Source: Blastocatellia bacterium
GTDB taxonomy: Bacteria > Acidobacteriota > Blastocatellia > UBA7656
DNA: 64,000 bases
NCBI GenBank assembly: GCA_035315885.1
Contig: DATFXM010000194.1
Span: 172,825 to 236,824 of the forward strand
Reading direction: 5' to 3'
The translations under genes were made by a program, and so were the position numbers. Below, in pieces: positions 55,999 through 64,000 of this stretch. The notes below the pieces were generated by a model that worked only from the letters and a program-made list of their open reading frames with translations, had not been told where the DNA came from and made no database searches. The stretch's first letter is position 1, and each line of letters begins with the position of its first letter.

Positions 55999-56652
55999 TC
56001 AGTCATGCTTGGGCTCGAAGGTGACATGAGGAATCATCGTGGCCTTTTCCTTCATCGTTACACGACCGGCCAGCTTCTTCTGCACGCGCTCGGCCGGCAC
56101 AAATGCTACCTTGCTGTCTACAAGCTGCTGGTTGGGCCGATAACCGAGCCCAAACTCAGGCAGCTCCGGCCGATTCGTCAGGCGCTTCAGGTCCCAGATC
56201 GTTTCGTTCCTGCTGTACGCGCAAATCTCTGTCTCGCGGCTCATGATGATCGCCTCTTCCGGACAGGCGTCTACACAGAACCCACAAAAGACACAGCGCA
56301 ACATGTCGATTTCAAATCGAGCTGGGTACTTCTCGATCTGCGGATCAGGATGCTCTGCAGGCTCGATGTAGATACAATCGGCAGGGCACGCAGTAGCACA
56401 CATATAACAGGCCACGCACCGCGGCGTCCCATCTTCCCTCGTTGTCAGAATGTGAGCGCCCCGATAGCGATCTGAGTAAGCGCGGCGCTCCTCCGGATAC
56501 CGGATCGTGGCGTCAACTTTGCCCGTCAGATTGTCGATCATCCGCGTCATCGTGAGCCCCATTCCCGAGAGCGGAGCAAGTACTTCCTTCGCGATCGACG
56601 ACTCTGCAGCCGTCCGGTCCGCAACGTTTATGACCTTCGGAGTCTTCTTCAT
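55999..56652 (-). CDS. nuoI: NADH-quinone oxidoreductase subunit I.
   Basis: Two 4Fe-4S motifs, CVACYMCATACP and CVFCGFCVDACP. Confidence 0.85.
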   Translation of the reverse strand: MKKTPKVINVADRTAAESSIAKEVLAPLSGMGLTMTRMIDNLTGKVDATIRYPEERRAYSDRYRGAHILTTREDGTPRCVACYMCATACPADCIYIEPAEHPDPQIEKYPARFEIDMLRCVFCGFCVDACPEEAIIMSRETEICAYSRNETIWDLKRLTNRPELPEFGLGYRPNQQLVDSKVAFVPAERVQKKLAGRVTMKEKATMIPHVTFEPKHD

Positions 56653-56655
56653 AAC

Positions 56656-58266
56656 TCAACCATTTGCCAGCACACCCGGAATGCGGGTCTGCTCGATAGT
56701 AATACCCTTGAGGGCGGGCTCGGTGAGGGACATCTCCTGGAACACTTCCTCTACCGACATCCACGGAGCATTCTCGCCCGATGCATGAAGCAACATCGCA
56801 AAAACCTCCCAGGCCGGCAGCGCATCGGCTGGCGGATCAATCGCCCGACCCGCCCACTGAACTCGCCCCTGGAAGTTTGTATAAGTGCCATCCTCCTCGG
56901 ACCACACCGCGAGCGGCAGAACAATATCTGCTCGACTCTGCCATTCGGCCTTATGTGCGGCCATCACTACCGAGTATTCGAGTGACTCAAGAAGCTCTGC
57001 AAGCTTTGCTTCAGCGGCCTCATCGCCTTCTCTTCGAACCAGCGGCTCGAGGTAACTTATTATTCCGGTCTTGACCTTACCCGACTTTGCTGCCTGAATA
57101 GCTCCGTCGATCGAGCCCAGCCCGTTTCCAAAACCCAGCTTGAGTGCGCCAGATGTATTCGGGTGTTTATCAATTCGCCTGAGAATCTGGTCTTCGCGTT
57201 GGGTCACCGCGACATCCTCGTTACCAAACCGAAATTCGATGCTGGTTGTGCCAAGCCCGCCAAGATACTTCTTAAACAGATAAAGCGCCTCGTTGGTCAA
57301 ACAGGAAGAGGCGAAGCCCAACACCGAATTGCCGCCGCCGTTCGATTGAGCTGACGCAATTCTGGACACCACTGCCCGCGCCGCATCTTCCCAGGTCACC
57401 GGAGCCTGTAGGCCATCACCACCCTTCATCAAAGGCCGGGCGATTCGATCTTGTTTGGCGATCTCGTGAAAGCTGAGACGGCCTTCGTCGCAAAGCCAAC
57501 TGCTGTTGACCTCTGTGTTGCGTCTGGGAAGCAGCCTGAAAATTGTTCCGTCGCGATGATCGATGCGGACGTTGCAAGCCGTTGAACACCCTGCGCAGAT
57601 CGAGTCGGTGCTGTTCAGGAACCAGACTCGGCACTTGAACCTGAAGTCGCGCGACGTCAAAGCACCTACCGGACAGATATCAACCACGTTTCCTGAATAG
57701 GGGTTCTCGAGAGGCCGGTCTTCGAACGTGCCGATCGCCACGTGATCGCCTCGATTGAAGAACTGCATCTCGCCCGTTCCGGTTATGTGGTTGCAGAACC
57801 TTATGCACCTGGAGCAGAGTACGCAGCGCTCCTGATCGAGCACGACCATCGGGCCAAGATCCACGGCTTTTCGTTTGTGGACCTTCAACTCTAGCGGGAT
57901 CTCGCTCGTATGAAGCCCGTAAACCATGTAGTAGTCCTGCAAGCGGCACTCGCCGGCCTGATCGCACACCGGACAATCCACTGGATGGTTTATGAGCAGG
58001 AACTCCAGAACACCTCGCACTGCCTGCTTGACCCTCTCGTTCTCCGAGCGCACAACCATGCCTTCGCTGACCACCGTGGTGCAGGAGGGCGTCAGCTTTG
58101 GCATCTTCTCGACCTCAACCAGACACATGCGACAGTTGCCATCGATCGGAAGGTCCGGGTGATAGCAGTAGTGCGGGATCTCGACTCCGTGGTCTGCCGC
58201 GGCCTGAATTATTGTCTGGCCCGGCCTGGCTTCGATCTCTTGGTCGTTTAAGGTGAACTTTGGCAT
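56656..58266 (-). CDS. nuoG: NADH-quinone oxidoreductase subunit G (short form).
   Basis: 2Fe-2S N-terminus (HYCYHPDLPIDGNCRMCLVEV). HPVDCPVCDQAGECRLQD. CVLCSRCIRFC. Confidence 0.85.
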   Translation of the reverse strand: MPKFTLNDQEIEARPGQTIIQAAADHGVEIPHYCYHPDLPIDGNCRMCLVEVEKMPKLTPSCTTVVSEGMVVRSENERVKQAVRGVLEFLLINHPVDCPVCDQAGECRLQDYYMVYGLHTSEIPLELKVHKRKAVDLGPMVVLDQERCVLCSRCIRFCNHITGTGEMQFFNRGDHVAIGTFEDRPLENPYSGNVVDICPVGALTSRDFRFKCRVWFLNSTDSICAGCSTACNVRIDHRDGTIFRLLPRRNTEVNSSWLCDEGRLSFHEIAKQDRIARPLMKGGDGLQAPVTWEDAARAVVSRIASAQSNGGGNSVLGFASSCLTNEALYLFKKYLGGLGTTSIEFRFGNEDVAVTQREDQILRRIDKHPNTSGALKLGFGNGLGSIDGAIQAAKSGKVKTGIISYLEPLVRREGDEAAEAKLAELLESLEYSVVMAAHKAEWQSRADIVLPLAVWSEEDGTYTNFQGRVQWAGRAIDPPADALPAWEVFAMLLHASGENAPWMSVEEVFQEMSLTEPALKGITIEQTRIPGVLANG

Positions 58267-58269
58267 TTT

Positions 58270-58400
58270 CTTTAGTTCTGAGTGCTGAGTGCTGAGTTGT
58301 TGGTACTGAGTTCCTGATTCTCAATACTGAGTTTTGGTCATGTGATCCTCGGATTTGAGGAGCTTTATCTCAAGAAACAACTCAGCATTCAGCACTTCAA
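58270..58400. repeat. Partial palindromic heptamer element (ctgagtg/cactcag type) inside the nuo operon, between nuoG and nuoF.
   Basis: agttctgagtgctgagtgctgagttgttggtactgagtt ... aactcagcattcagcacttc. Confidence 0.7.
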
Positions 58401-59644
58401 TTACAGCAGGCTTCAAATTCGTGCCTGAATTTTGTCAGAAAACTCCTGATAGGCATTACATCCGCATCGGCGAGCGGGCAAATCGTCTTACCCTCCATGT
58501 TGTCCACCACCTTCAACAGCAGGTCGATATCCGATCGCTTGCCTTCGCCCGCTACCATCCTCCTAAGAAGCTTCGCCGCCCAGCCCGTTCCCTCGCGGCA
58601 TGGAGTGCACTGTCCGCAGGACTCATGCGCATAAAAGTCTGCAATAACCGACAGCGCAGCGGGCATGCTCACCGTTTCGTCGAACACGATCATTCCACCC
58701 GAACCGAGCATTGAGCCCGCCTTCATCAACGACTCGTAATCCAGCAAAACGCCTTCACACTCGGCGGCAGTCAACACAGGGACAGATGACCCGCCCGGTA
58801 TTACTGCTTTCAGCTTACGGCCGTCCTTTATCCCTCCGGCCTCGTTGTTGATGAAATCCATGAGCGGATACCCCATATCGACTTCGTAGACTCCAGGCTT
58901 GGCTACGTGGCCGGACACCGAAAAAAGTTTTGTACCCTTGCTCTTCTCGGTTCCTATCGCCGCGTAGGCCGCCCCGCCGTGCTCAATGATCCACGGCACC
59001 GCACAGAGCGTCTCGACGTTGTTGACCACGGTCGGTGATGCAAGGAAGCCGCTCGTAGCGGGAAACGGAGGCTTGATTCTCGGATACCCGCGATACCCCT
59101 CGAGCGATTCAATCAGCGAAGTCTCTTCGCCGCAAATGTACGCACCTGCCCCCATATGCAGATGGATATCCAAGGCGAAGTCTCGGCCCATCACTGAAGG
59201 GCCCAGAATGCCGGCTTTGTACGCTTCGTCAAGCGCGGTCTCGATCACCTCCTCGAGAAAACCGAACTCACCCCTCATATAGATGTATGAGAGATGGCAC
59301 TCCAGCGCGAGACTCGCGATTGCCATGCCCTCTATCAACAAGTGAGGGTCGCGCTCAAGCAGTAGCCGGTCCTTGAATGTCCCGGGCTCGCTCTCATCTG
59401 CATTGCACAACAGGTACGTAGGCTTGCCGCTGTTGCGTGGAACAAAGCTCCATTTCATGCCGGTCGGGAACCCCGCCCCGCCACGCCCGCGCAGCCCGCT
59501 AGTCTTAACCTCTTCAACGAGGGTGGCCGGCTGCATCCCCAGCGCCTTTTCGAGGACCTTGTACCCGTTGCGCTCGCGATATGTCTGGATGGACTTCTGG
59601 CCCGGCTTGTCGGTGTTCGCCAGCAGGATTTTATTCATTGGCAA
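58397..59644 (-). CDS. nuoF: NADH-quinone oxidoreductase subunit F.
   Basis: GLRGRGGAGFPTGMKW, an FMN/NADH site, and ESCGQCTPCREG. Confidence 0.9.
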   Translation of the reverse strand: MPMNKILLANTDKPGQKSIQTYRERNGYKVLEKALGMQPATLVEEVKTSGLRGRGGAGFPTGMKWSFVPRNSGKPTYLLCNADESEPGTFKDRLLLERDPHLLIEGMAIASLALECHLSYIYMRGEFGFLEEVIETALDEAYKAGILGPSVMGRDFALDIHLHMGAGAYICGEETSLIESLEGYRGYPRIKPPFPATSGFLASPTVVNNVETLCAVPWIIEHGGAAYAAIGTEKSKGTKLFSVSGHVAKPGVYEVDMGYPLMDFINNEAGGIKDGRKLKAVIPGGSSVPVLTAAECEGVLLDYESLMKAGSMLGSGGMIVFDETVSMPAALSVIADFYAHESCGQCTPCREGTGWAAKLLRRMVAGEGKRSDIDLLLKVVDNMEGKTICPLADADVMPIRSFLTKFRHEFEACCN

Positions 59645-60107
59645 GCTTCTCGATTGTTTCTCGCACGCGCTCGGGGCTTAGGTTTTCAAAATAGCGATCC
59701 CCAACCTGCATCACCGGAGCGGTGTCGCACGACGCAAGACATTCGGTGAAATCCCAACTGAACTTCCCATCAGGTGTTATCTGACTGCGATCAACCCCGA
59801 GCTTCTCCTTGATCACGTCGGCGCATGGATACGTACCCATGAGCCAGCAACTCACGTTGCGGCAAAGCTCCAGGTGGTACTTACCAACCGGCTTCTTTCG
59901 AAGAAGCGTGTAAAAAGTTGCGACGCTCAAGACATCAGCGGGAGGATAGCCCATCAGACCGCCGACGTATTCGGCGACCTCCTGCGAAATCCACCCAAAC
60001 TCGCGCTGAGCAAGAGCGAGCACCGGTACTAGAGCTGCCCGCTTCTCAGGATAGTGAGAGAGAATCCTCTCGTAGCTGCGTTGCGCCTCTTCGCTAAACT
60101 GAATCAT
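59631..60107 (-). CDS. nuoE: NADH-quinone oxidoreductase subunit E.
   Basis: [10 protein letters not shown]...CLASCDTAP 2Fe-2S thioredoxin-like motif. Confidence 0.85.
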   Translation of the reverse strand: MIQFSEEAQRSYERILSHYPEKRAALVPVLALAQREFGWISQEVAEYVGGLMGYPPADVLSVATFYTLLRKKPVGKYHLELCRNVSCWLMGTYPCADVIKEKLGVDRSQITPDGKFSWDFTECLASCDTAPVMQVGDRYFENLSPERVRETIEKLANE

Positions 60108-62419
60108 CGATCGAGCTCTCCAGCGATGATGTTGTAACTACCTAGTGCGGCAATGGCATCGGCAACCAGTGATCCCTCAATCATCTTCGGATACGCCGAG
60201 AAGAGCGAGAAGCACGGGCCGCGTGCGTGCACACGCCAGGGCTGCATCGATCCATCGCTGATGATGTAGTAGCCCAACTCGCCGTTTGCACCCTCGGTGT
60301 ATCCATACACTTCACCCGGAGGAGGTTGTATTCCATGCATCGTGAGCTTGAAATGGTTCATCAAGTCTTCGATGTTGGTATACACGCCTTTTTTTGGCGG
60401 CAGGGTGATACGCCGGTCATCGACCTGAAATGGGCCCTCCGGCAGATTCTCGAGCGCCTGCTCTACTATTCGCACGCTCTGCCGCATCTCTTCCATCCTT
60501 ACCAGGTAACGGTCGTAGACGTCTCCCCGGTTTCCAATAGGCACTTCAAAATCGAAGTCATCGTAGCTCGAGTAAGGATGCACCTGACGGATGTCGTAGG
60601 GCACACCCGTCGCTCGCAACATTGGACCCGTAAACCCCCAGTCGATTGCGTCGGTCTTGTTTATCTCCGTAACTCCGACTGCACGTTGTTTGAACAGACG
60701 GCTGTGCGTGTTCAAACGGTCCAGATCGTCAATGTACTTCGGCAGCCGCTTTAAAACCTCCCGACAGCGCGGGACAAAGTCGGCAGGCAGCTCCGAGGCA
60801 AGTCCGCCAACTCGCACGTAGCTGACCATCATCCGCACGCCGGCTGTCATCTCCAGCAGATCGTAGATCTCTTCTCTCGGCTCGAACGAGTACCAGAAGT
60901 TGGTTATCGCGCCCAGGTCCACCAGATTTGCGCCAATGCACACCATGTGGTCCATGATGCGGGACAGCTCGCCCAGCAATACCCGGATGTATTGCACTCG
61001 TTTTGGTACTTCGATCCCAAGAAGCTTCTCGACGGCACACGCATACCCGACGTTGTTCAAGAACGACGAACAGTAGTTCAAACGATCGGTGTACGGTATT
61101 ACCTGATTCCACTGGTGGGTCTCGGCCATCTTTTCAAAACAGCGATGCAGGTAACCTATCTCCACATCGGCATCGACTATTTTTTCGCCGTCCAGACGAC
61201 AGACGATTCGCAGAGTTCCGTGAGTAGCCGGATGCGATGGGCCCACATTGACGATCGTCGGCTCAGGGCTCAGCCGGTCCTGCTCGTGACCCTCCCACTG
61301 AGTCCGGTACTCGATCGGCAGCTTGTAATCACGAGATAGCGGCGTTCGCGCTCCCGCTTCGTGATCCTTCCTGAGTGCGTATCCAACGAATTCCTCGTGG
61401 CAAAGAATGCGGCGAAGGTCGGGGTGATTCCGGAATCGAACGCCGAACATGTCATATGTTTCGCGTTCCCACCAATTCGCCGTCTTCCAGATTGAGCTGA
61501 CCGAATCTATCTCGGGCGCCGACTCCGCCAGGGGCACCTTCAGCCTCAGCCGGTGCCCGTGATCTATCGAGTACATTTGGTAGACGACGTTGAATCGCTC
61601 CTCGCGGGTCGTATTCGGATAGCCCAGATAGTCTGCACCGGTGATCGAGCTCAGCAGATCGAATTTCGTTGACGAATCAGCTTTAAGAGTACGGCAGATC
61701 TCCACGACCTGGTCGGGTCTGACGGTGACCGCAAGATCCCCACGAAAGTCGTTCACGTCCAGAACCTGATCCTTGAATCTATCCTGAATCAAGGCCGCGA
61801 TGGGATTCTGCGGCGCCGCGGGCTCTCGGGTTATATGAACCAGTCTGACTGCCTCGTGGGCCTGCTGTTCGGCGATCAGCAGCGTTTTGGGAGAACTTTC
61901 GGTGATTTCTTTTTTCATCCGCTCGCGCAGCTCGGCGCGGGCATCGGCATCAACGAAGCGCTCTTTTTGAATGATCTCTCTGATCATCAGGACCGCTTGA
62001 AGTACGGCTTCGGGCGAAGGAGGACAGCCGGGAATGTAGACGTCTACCGGGATCAACTCGTCGATGCCCTGCATCACGTGATAGGCGCGGTAGAAGCCGC
62101 CCGAGGTTGCGCACGCGCCCATCGAGATCACCCACTTCGGATCAGGCATCTGATCGTAGATCTTCTTGAGCACCGGACCCATTTTGTCGGTGATGGTGCC
62201 CATGACCATGAGCAAATCGGACTGGCGAGGGCTGAAGCGGACGACTTCGGCGCCGAAACGTGCGAGGTCGTAGTGGGCAGAGACCACGGACATGAACTCA
62301 ATTGCGCAGCAAGCGGTGCCGAAGGGCATGGGCCACAGCGAGTTCTTCCGCCCCCAGTTTGCCATTTCGCTTACTTTGGTTGTCAGGAAACTCTCGCCAA
62401 CTGTGGAGGCAGAACTCAT
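60104..62419 (-). CDS. nuoBCD: Fused NADH-quinone oxidoreductase subunits B-C-D in one 771-aa polypeptide.
   Basis: NuoB part: [11 protein letters not shown]...GACATSGG...IPGCPP. NuoC part: [26 protein letters not shown]. NuoD part: [18 protein letters not shown]...C-terminal [13 protein letters not shown]. The frame is continuous. Confidence 0.85.
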   Translation of the reverse strand: MSSASTVGESFLTTKVSEMANWGRKNSLWPMPFGTACCAIEFMSVVSAHYDLARFGAEVVRFSPRQSDLLMVMGTITDKMGPVLKKIYDQMPDPKWVISMGACATSGGFYRAYHVMQGIDELIPVDVYIPGCPPSPEAVLQAVLMIREIIQKERFVDADARAELRERMKKEITESSPKTLLIAEQQAHEAVRLVHITREPAAPQNPIAALIQDRFKDQVLDVNDFRGDLAVTVRPDQVVEICRTLKADSSTKFDLLSSITGADYLGYPNTTREERFNVVYQMYSIDHGHRLRLKVPLAESAPEIDSVSSIWKTANWWERETYDMFGVRFRNHPDLRRILCHEEFVGYALRKDHEAGARTPLSRDYKLPIEYRTQWEGHEQDRLSPEPTIVNVGPSHPATHGTLRIVCRLDGEKIVDADVEIGYLHRCFEKMAETHQWNQVIPYTDRLNYCSSFLNNVGYACAVEKLLGIEVPKRVQYIRVLLGELSRIMDHMVCIGANLVDLGAITNFWYSFEPREEIYDLLEMTAGVRMMVSYVRVGGLASELPADFVPRCREVLKRLPKYIDDLDRLNTHSRLFKQRAVGVTEINKTDAIDWGFTGPMLRATGVPYDIRQVHPYSSYDDFDFEVPIGNRGDVYDRYLVRMEEMRQSVRIVEQALENLPEGPFQVDDRRITLPPKKGVYTNIEDLMNHFKLTMHGIQPPPGEVYGYTEGANGELGYYIISDGSMQPWRVHARGPCFSLFSAYPKMIEGSLVADAIAALGSYNIIAGELDR

Positions 62420-62499
62420 GTTGTCCCTCGATTGTTTTTGCGTAGTCCGCTCAGAAGTTGATCCTATTTGTCCGCGGTTCGAATTAAATCTTATCTCTG

Positions 62500-62830
62500 G
62501 GTATGGAGCCCGTCAAACATGGCGGTATTTTTTGGGGTGAGGAGATAAGGCGAATTGGCGAAGGGGCGGTGGCGTGATGCGGAGACGGGGAGAGGAGGGA
62601 CGGGGGAAGGAGGGAATGGGCGAAGGGGCGACCCGCACGGTTCAGCTGACACGGTTGCCCATTCTCTCTTCGCCCATTCGCGCCTTCGCCCATTCGCCCA
62701 TTCCCTCCTCTCCGCTCCCTCCTCCCCGCGTCCCCGCGTCGCCCCTTCGCTTCTCTTCCGCTCCGCTTGTGTCCTTCTCTACGCTACTGCATACTCGCTT
62801 CAGCATCTTCAATACGGCCCCTGGAGAAAA
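62500..62830. repeat. Oligopurine/oligopyrimidine imperfect palindrome.
   Basis: ggcgaaggggcggtggcgtgatgcggagacggggagaggagggacgggggaaggaggg ... cccattccctcctctccgctccctcctccccgcgtccccgcgtcgccccttcgc. Confidence 0.8.
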
Positions 62831-62834
62831 TGAC

Positions 62835-63323
62835 ATGCGGATATTCGGAAAGAATCTCTCAGACTACATTGCAGTGCAGAAGGGAATGCTTCTTCTGATC
62901 GCGCTTGTCGCGCTCGGGCGGCTAGCGCTCTCTCTGGCAGGAGTGTCAAATTCCGCTGCGAAGTGGCTCAGCGTCACCGCAGTGATGGCTCTCGGAGCAG
63001 TCTACGCCGGGATCAAAGTCAACAGCAGCGGCTTTGGCGGCTTCAGACACTTGCTCCCGATGGTGTTCTTCCAGGATGTCCTTGCCCAGCTTGTCGTTGC
63101 CGGCGGCATCGCCCTGGCAATCGTTACTCAAAAGGACAACATCTTCAGCGCGCCTGAGTACTCAGGAAACCGCGACGGCAAGACCTGGTCACATTCGGTC
63201 GCTCACCTTGTGCTCGGATTTATCGTAGCGCCGCTTGTGTCCTGGGGAATCTCTTCGTTGGTTCTGTTGCTTGCGCGCAAGACTTCGCCCGGCAAGCGCG
63301 ACGCCGAAGCCGCAAGCGCGTAG
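62835..63323 (+). CDS. Small integral membrane protein (4 TM), hypothetical.
   Basis: Start set at ATG 62835 (MRIFGKNLSDYIAVQKGMLLLIALVALG). The track's upstream extension is repeat-derived. Confidence 0.5.
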   Translation: MRIFGKNLSDYIAVQKGMLLLIALVALGRLALSLAGVSNSAAKWLSVTAVMALGAVYAGIKVNSSGFGGFRHLLPMVFFQDVLAQLVVAGGIALAIVTQKDNIFSAPEYSGNRDGKTWSHSVAHLVLGFIVAPLVSWGISSLVLLLARKTSPGKRDAEAASA

Positions 63324-63324
63324 A

Positions 63325-63545
63325 GTACGCGGAGGAAGGGGAGATGAAGAGATGAGGAGATGAAGAGATGAGGAGATGAGGAGATGAGGAGATGAGGGGA
63401 TGATGCGAAGGGGCGAAGGGGCGAGAAAAGTCAACGGTCTTCCGGATAGTATGTCTCCGCGTCACCGTGTCTCTCCTCCCCGCGTCCGTATCTCCCCTTC
63501 GCCCTTTCGCATATCTCGCTTCCCTGCCTCGTAGTACTTCCGGCC
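63325..63545. repeat. (gaggagat)n array plus pyrimidine-rich partner. It overlaps the 3' end of rarA.
   Basis: gagatgaagagatgaggagatgaagagatgaggagatgaggagatgaggagatgagggg ... gtctctcctccccgcgtccgtatctccccttcgccc. Confidence 0.7.
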
Positions 63546-64000
63546 GCGCAAATTCTCAGGCAGACAGTCCATCTCCTCCGCCCTGCCTGACTCAAATTCA
63601 TGGGCGTATTGATATCCCTGACCGTAGCCCAGCCGCTTCATTAACGAAGTCGATGCGTTACGTAGGTGCAATGGGACGGGCTCGCGCTCAGTTTCCAACG
63701 CATCCTTTTGCGCCGCCCCGTAGGCCTCCAGCACCGAGTTCGATTTTGGCGCGAGCGCCAGATAGAGTGTCGCCTGGGTCAAGGCAAGCTTCGCCTCCGG
63801 CAAGCCTATGAAATGAGTGGCCTGCATCGCCGCAACTGCCTCGACCAGCGCCATCGGGTCGGCCAGTCCGATATCTTCCGAAGCATGGTGAATGAGCCGA
63901 CGAGCCACATACATCGGGTCCTCTCCTGCTTCCAGCATCCGAGCAAGCCAGTAAACCGCCGCATCGGGATCTGAGTTGCGGATCGACTTGATGAACGCGG
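63462..64000 (-). CDS. rarA: Replication-associated recombination protein A (AAA+), C-terminal part. The gene runs off the window's 3' edge.
   Basis: Reading upstream of the track's Met gives ...[34 protein letters not shown], the conserved MgsA C-terminal domain. The final ~20 aa ([13 protein letters not shown]) are encoded by the repeat element. Confidence 0.8.
   Translation of the reverse strand, partial: AFIKSIRNSDPDAAVYWLARMLEAGEDPMYVARRLIHHASEDIGLADPMALVEAVAAMQATHFIGLPEAKLALTQATLYLALAPKSNSVLEAYGAAQKDALETEREPVPLHLRNASTSLMKRLGYGQGYQYAHEFESGRAEEMDCLPENLRGRKYYEAGKRDMRKGEGEIRTRGGETR

Overview
This is a GC-rich bacterial chromosomal window of about 64 kb. Gene content suggests an Acidobacteria-like genome, but that taxon is only an inference. 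The window is densely coding, with roughly 60 genes.

Genes from start to end:
- The 5' part of a copper P-type ATPase on the minus strand, with YHS, metal-binding (HMA) and His-rich regions.
- A glycoconjugate cluster: ThiO-like FAD oxidase, GT2, a large GT-C-like membrane protein, a hexapeptide N-acetyltransferase, a Gfo/Idh/MocA sugar dehydrogenase, a Dpm1-like GT2 and a TMTC-like GT-C/TPR protein.
- A secreted SurA-like/DsbA fusion.
- A minus-strand block: ETF-QO, etfA, etfB, fabF, acpP, fabD, plsX, rpmF, yceD. fabH and fabG are absent from it.
- An ECF sigma / zinc-finger anti-sigma / HtrA-like double-PDZ protein operon, followed by an ArnT-like GT-C and an MprF-type flippase-like protein.
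- mutL, methyltransferases, a GT2, an RCK potassium channel, a second double-PDZ protein and a geranylgeranyl-reductase-like FAD enzyme.
- A 1013-aa sigma-54 enhancer-binding protein with a long TPR-like N-terminus.
- A zinc-ribbon/TM protein carrying a T2SS GspG pseudopilin domain, a cysteine-dioxygenase-like cupin, a two-subunit molybdopterin oxidoreductase (FeS subunit fused to an NrfD-like membrane anchor), TrkA-like, a CheY-like regulator, an FHA-GGDEF protein and ribA.
- Two ferredoxins and a complex I peripheral-arm-only cluster containing a NuoB-NuoC-NuoD triple-fusion gene.
- The 3' end of rarA.

The main findings:
- **Intergenic repeat family.** Most intergenic regions are occupied by long imperfect palindromes. 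Each is a tandem heptamer or oligopurine array followed by its reverse complement. Three loci also carry nested ~75-bp tetraloop-hairpin units, in either orientation. These elements occur between convergent, tandem and divergent genes and even inside the nuo operon.
- **Candidate sigma-54 regulon.** Downstream of the enhancer-binding protein gene lie a 19-bp inverted repeat pair, an exact-spacing -24/-12 sigma-54 promoter match, and two tiny ORFs with canonical SD sites. All sit in an AT-richer, otherwise non-coding ~1.1-kb island bounded by giant repeat arrays. This is my best candidate for an undescribed regulatory or small-peptide/sRNA system.

No tRNA, rRNA or CRISPR array could be supported.
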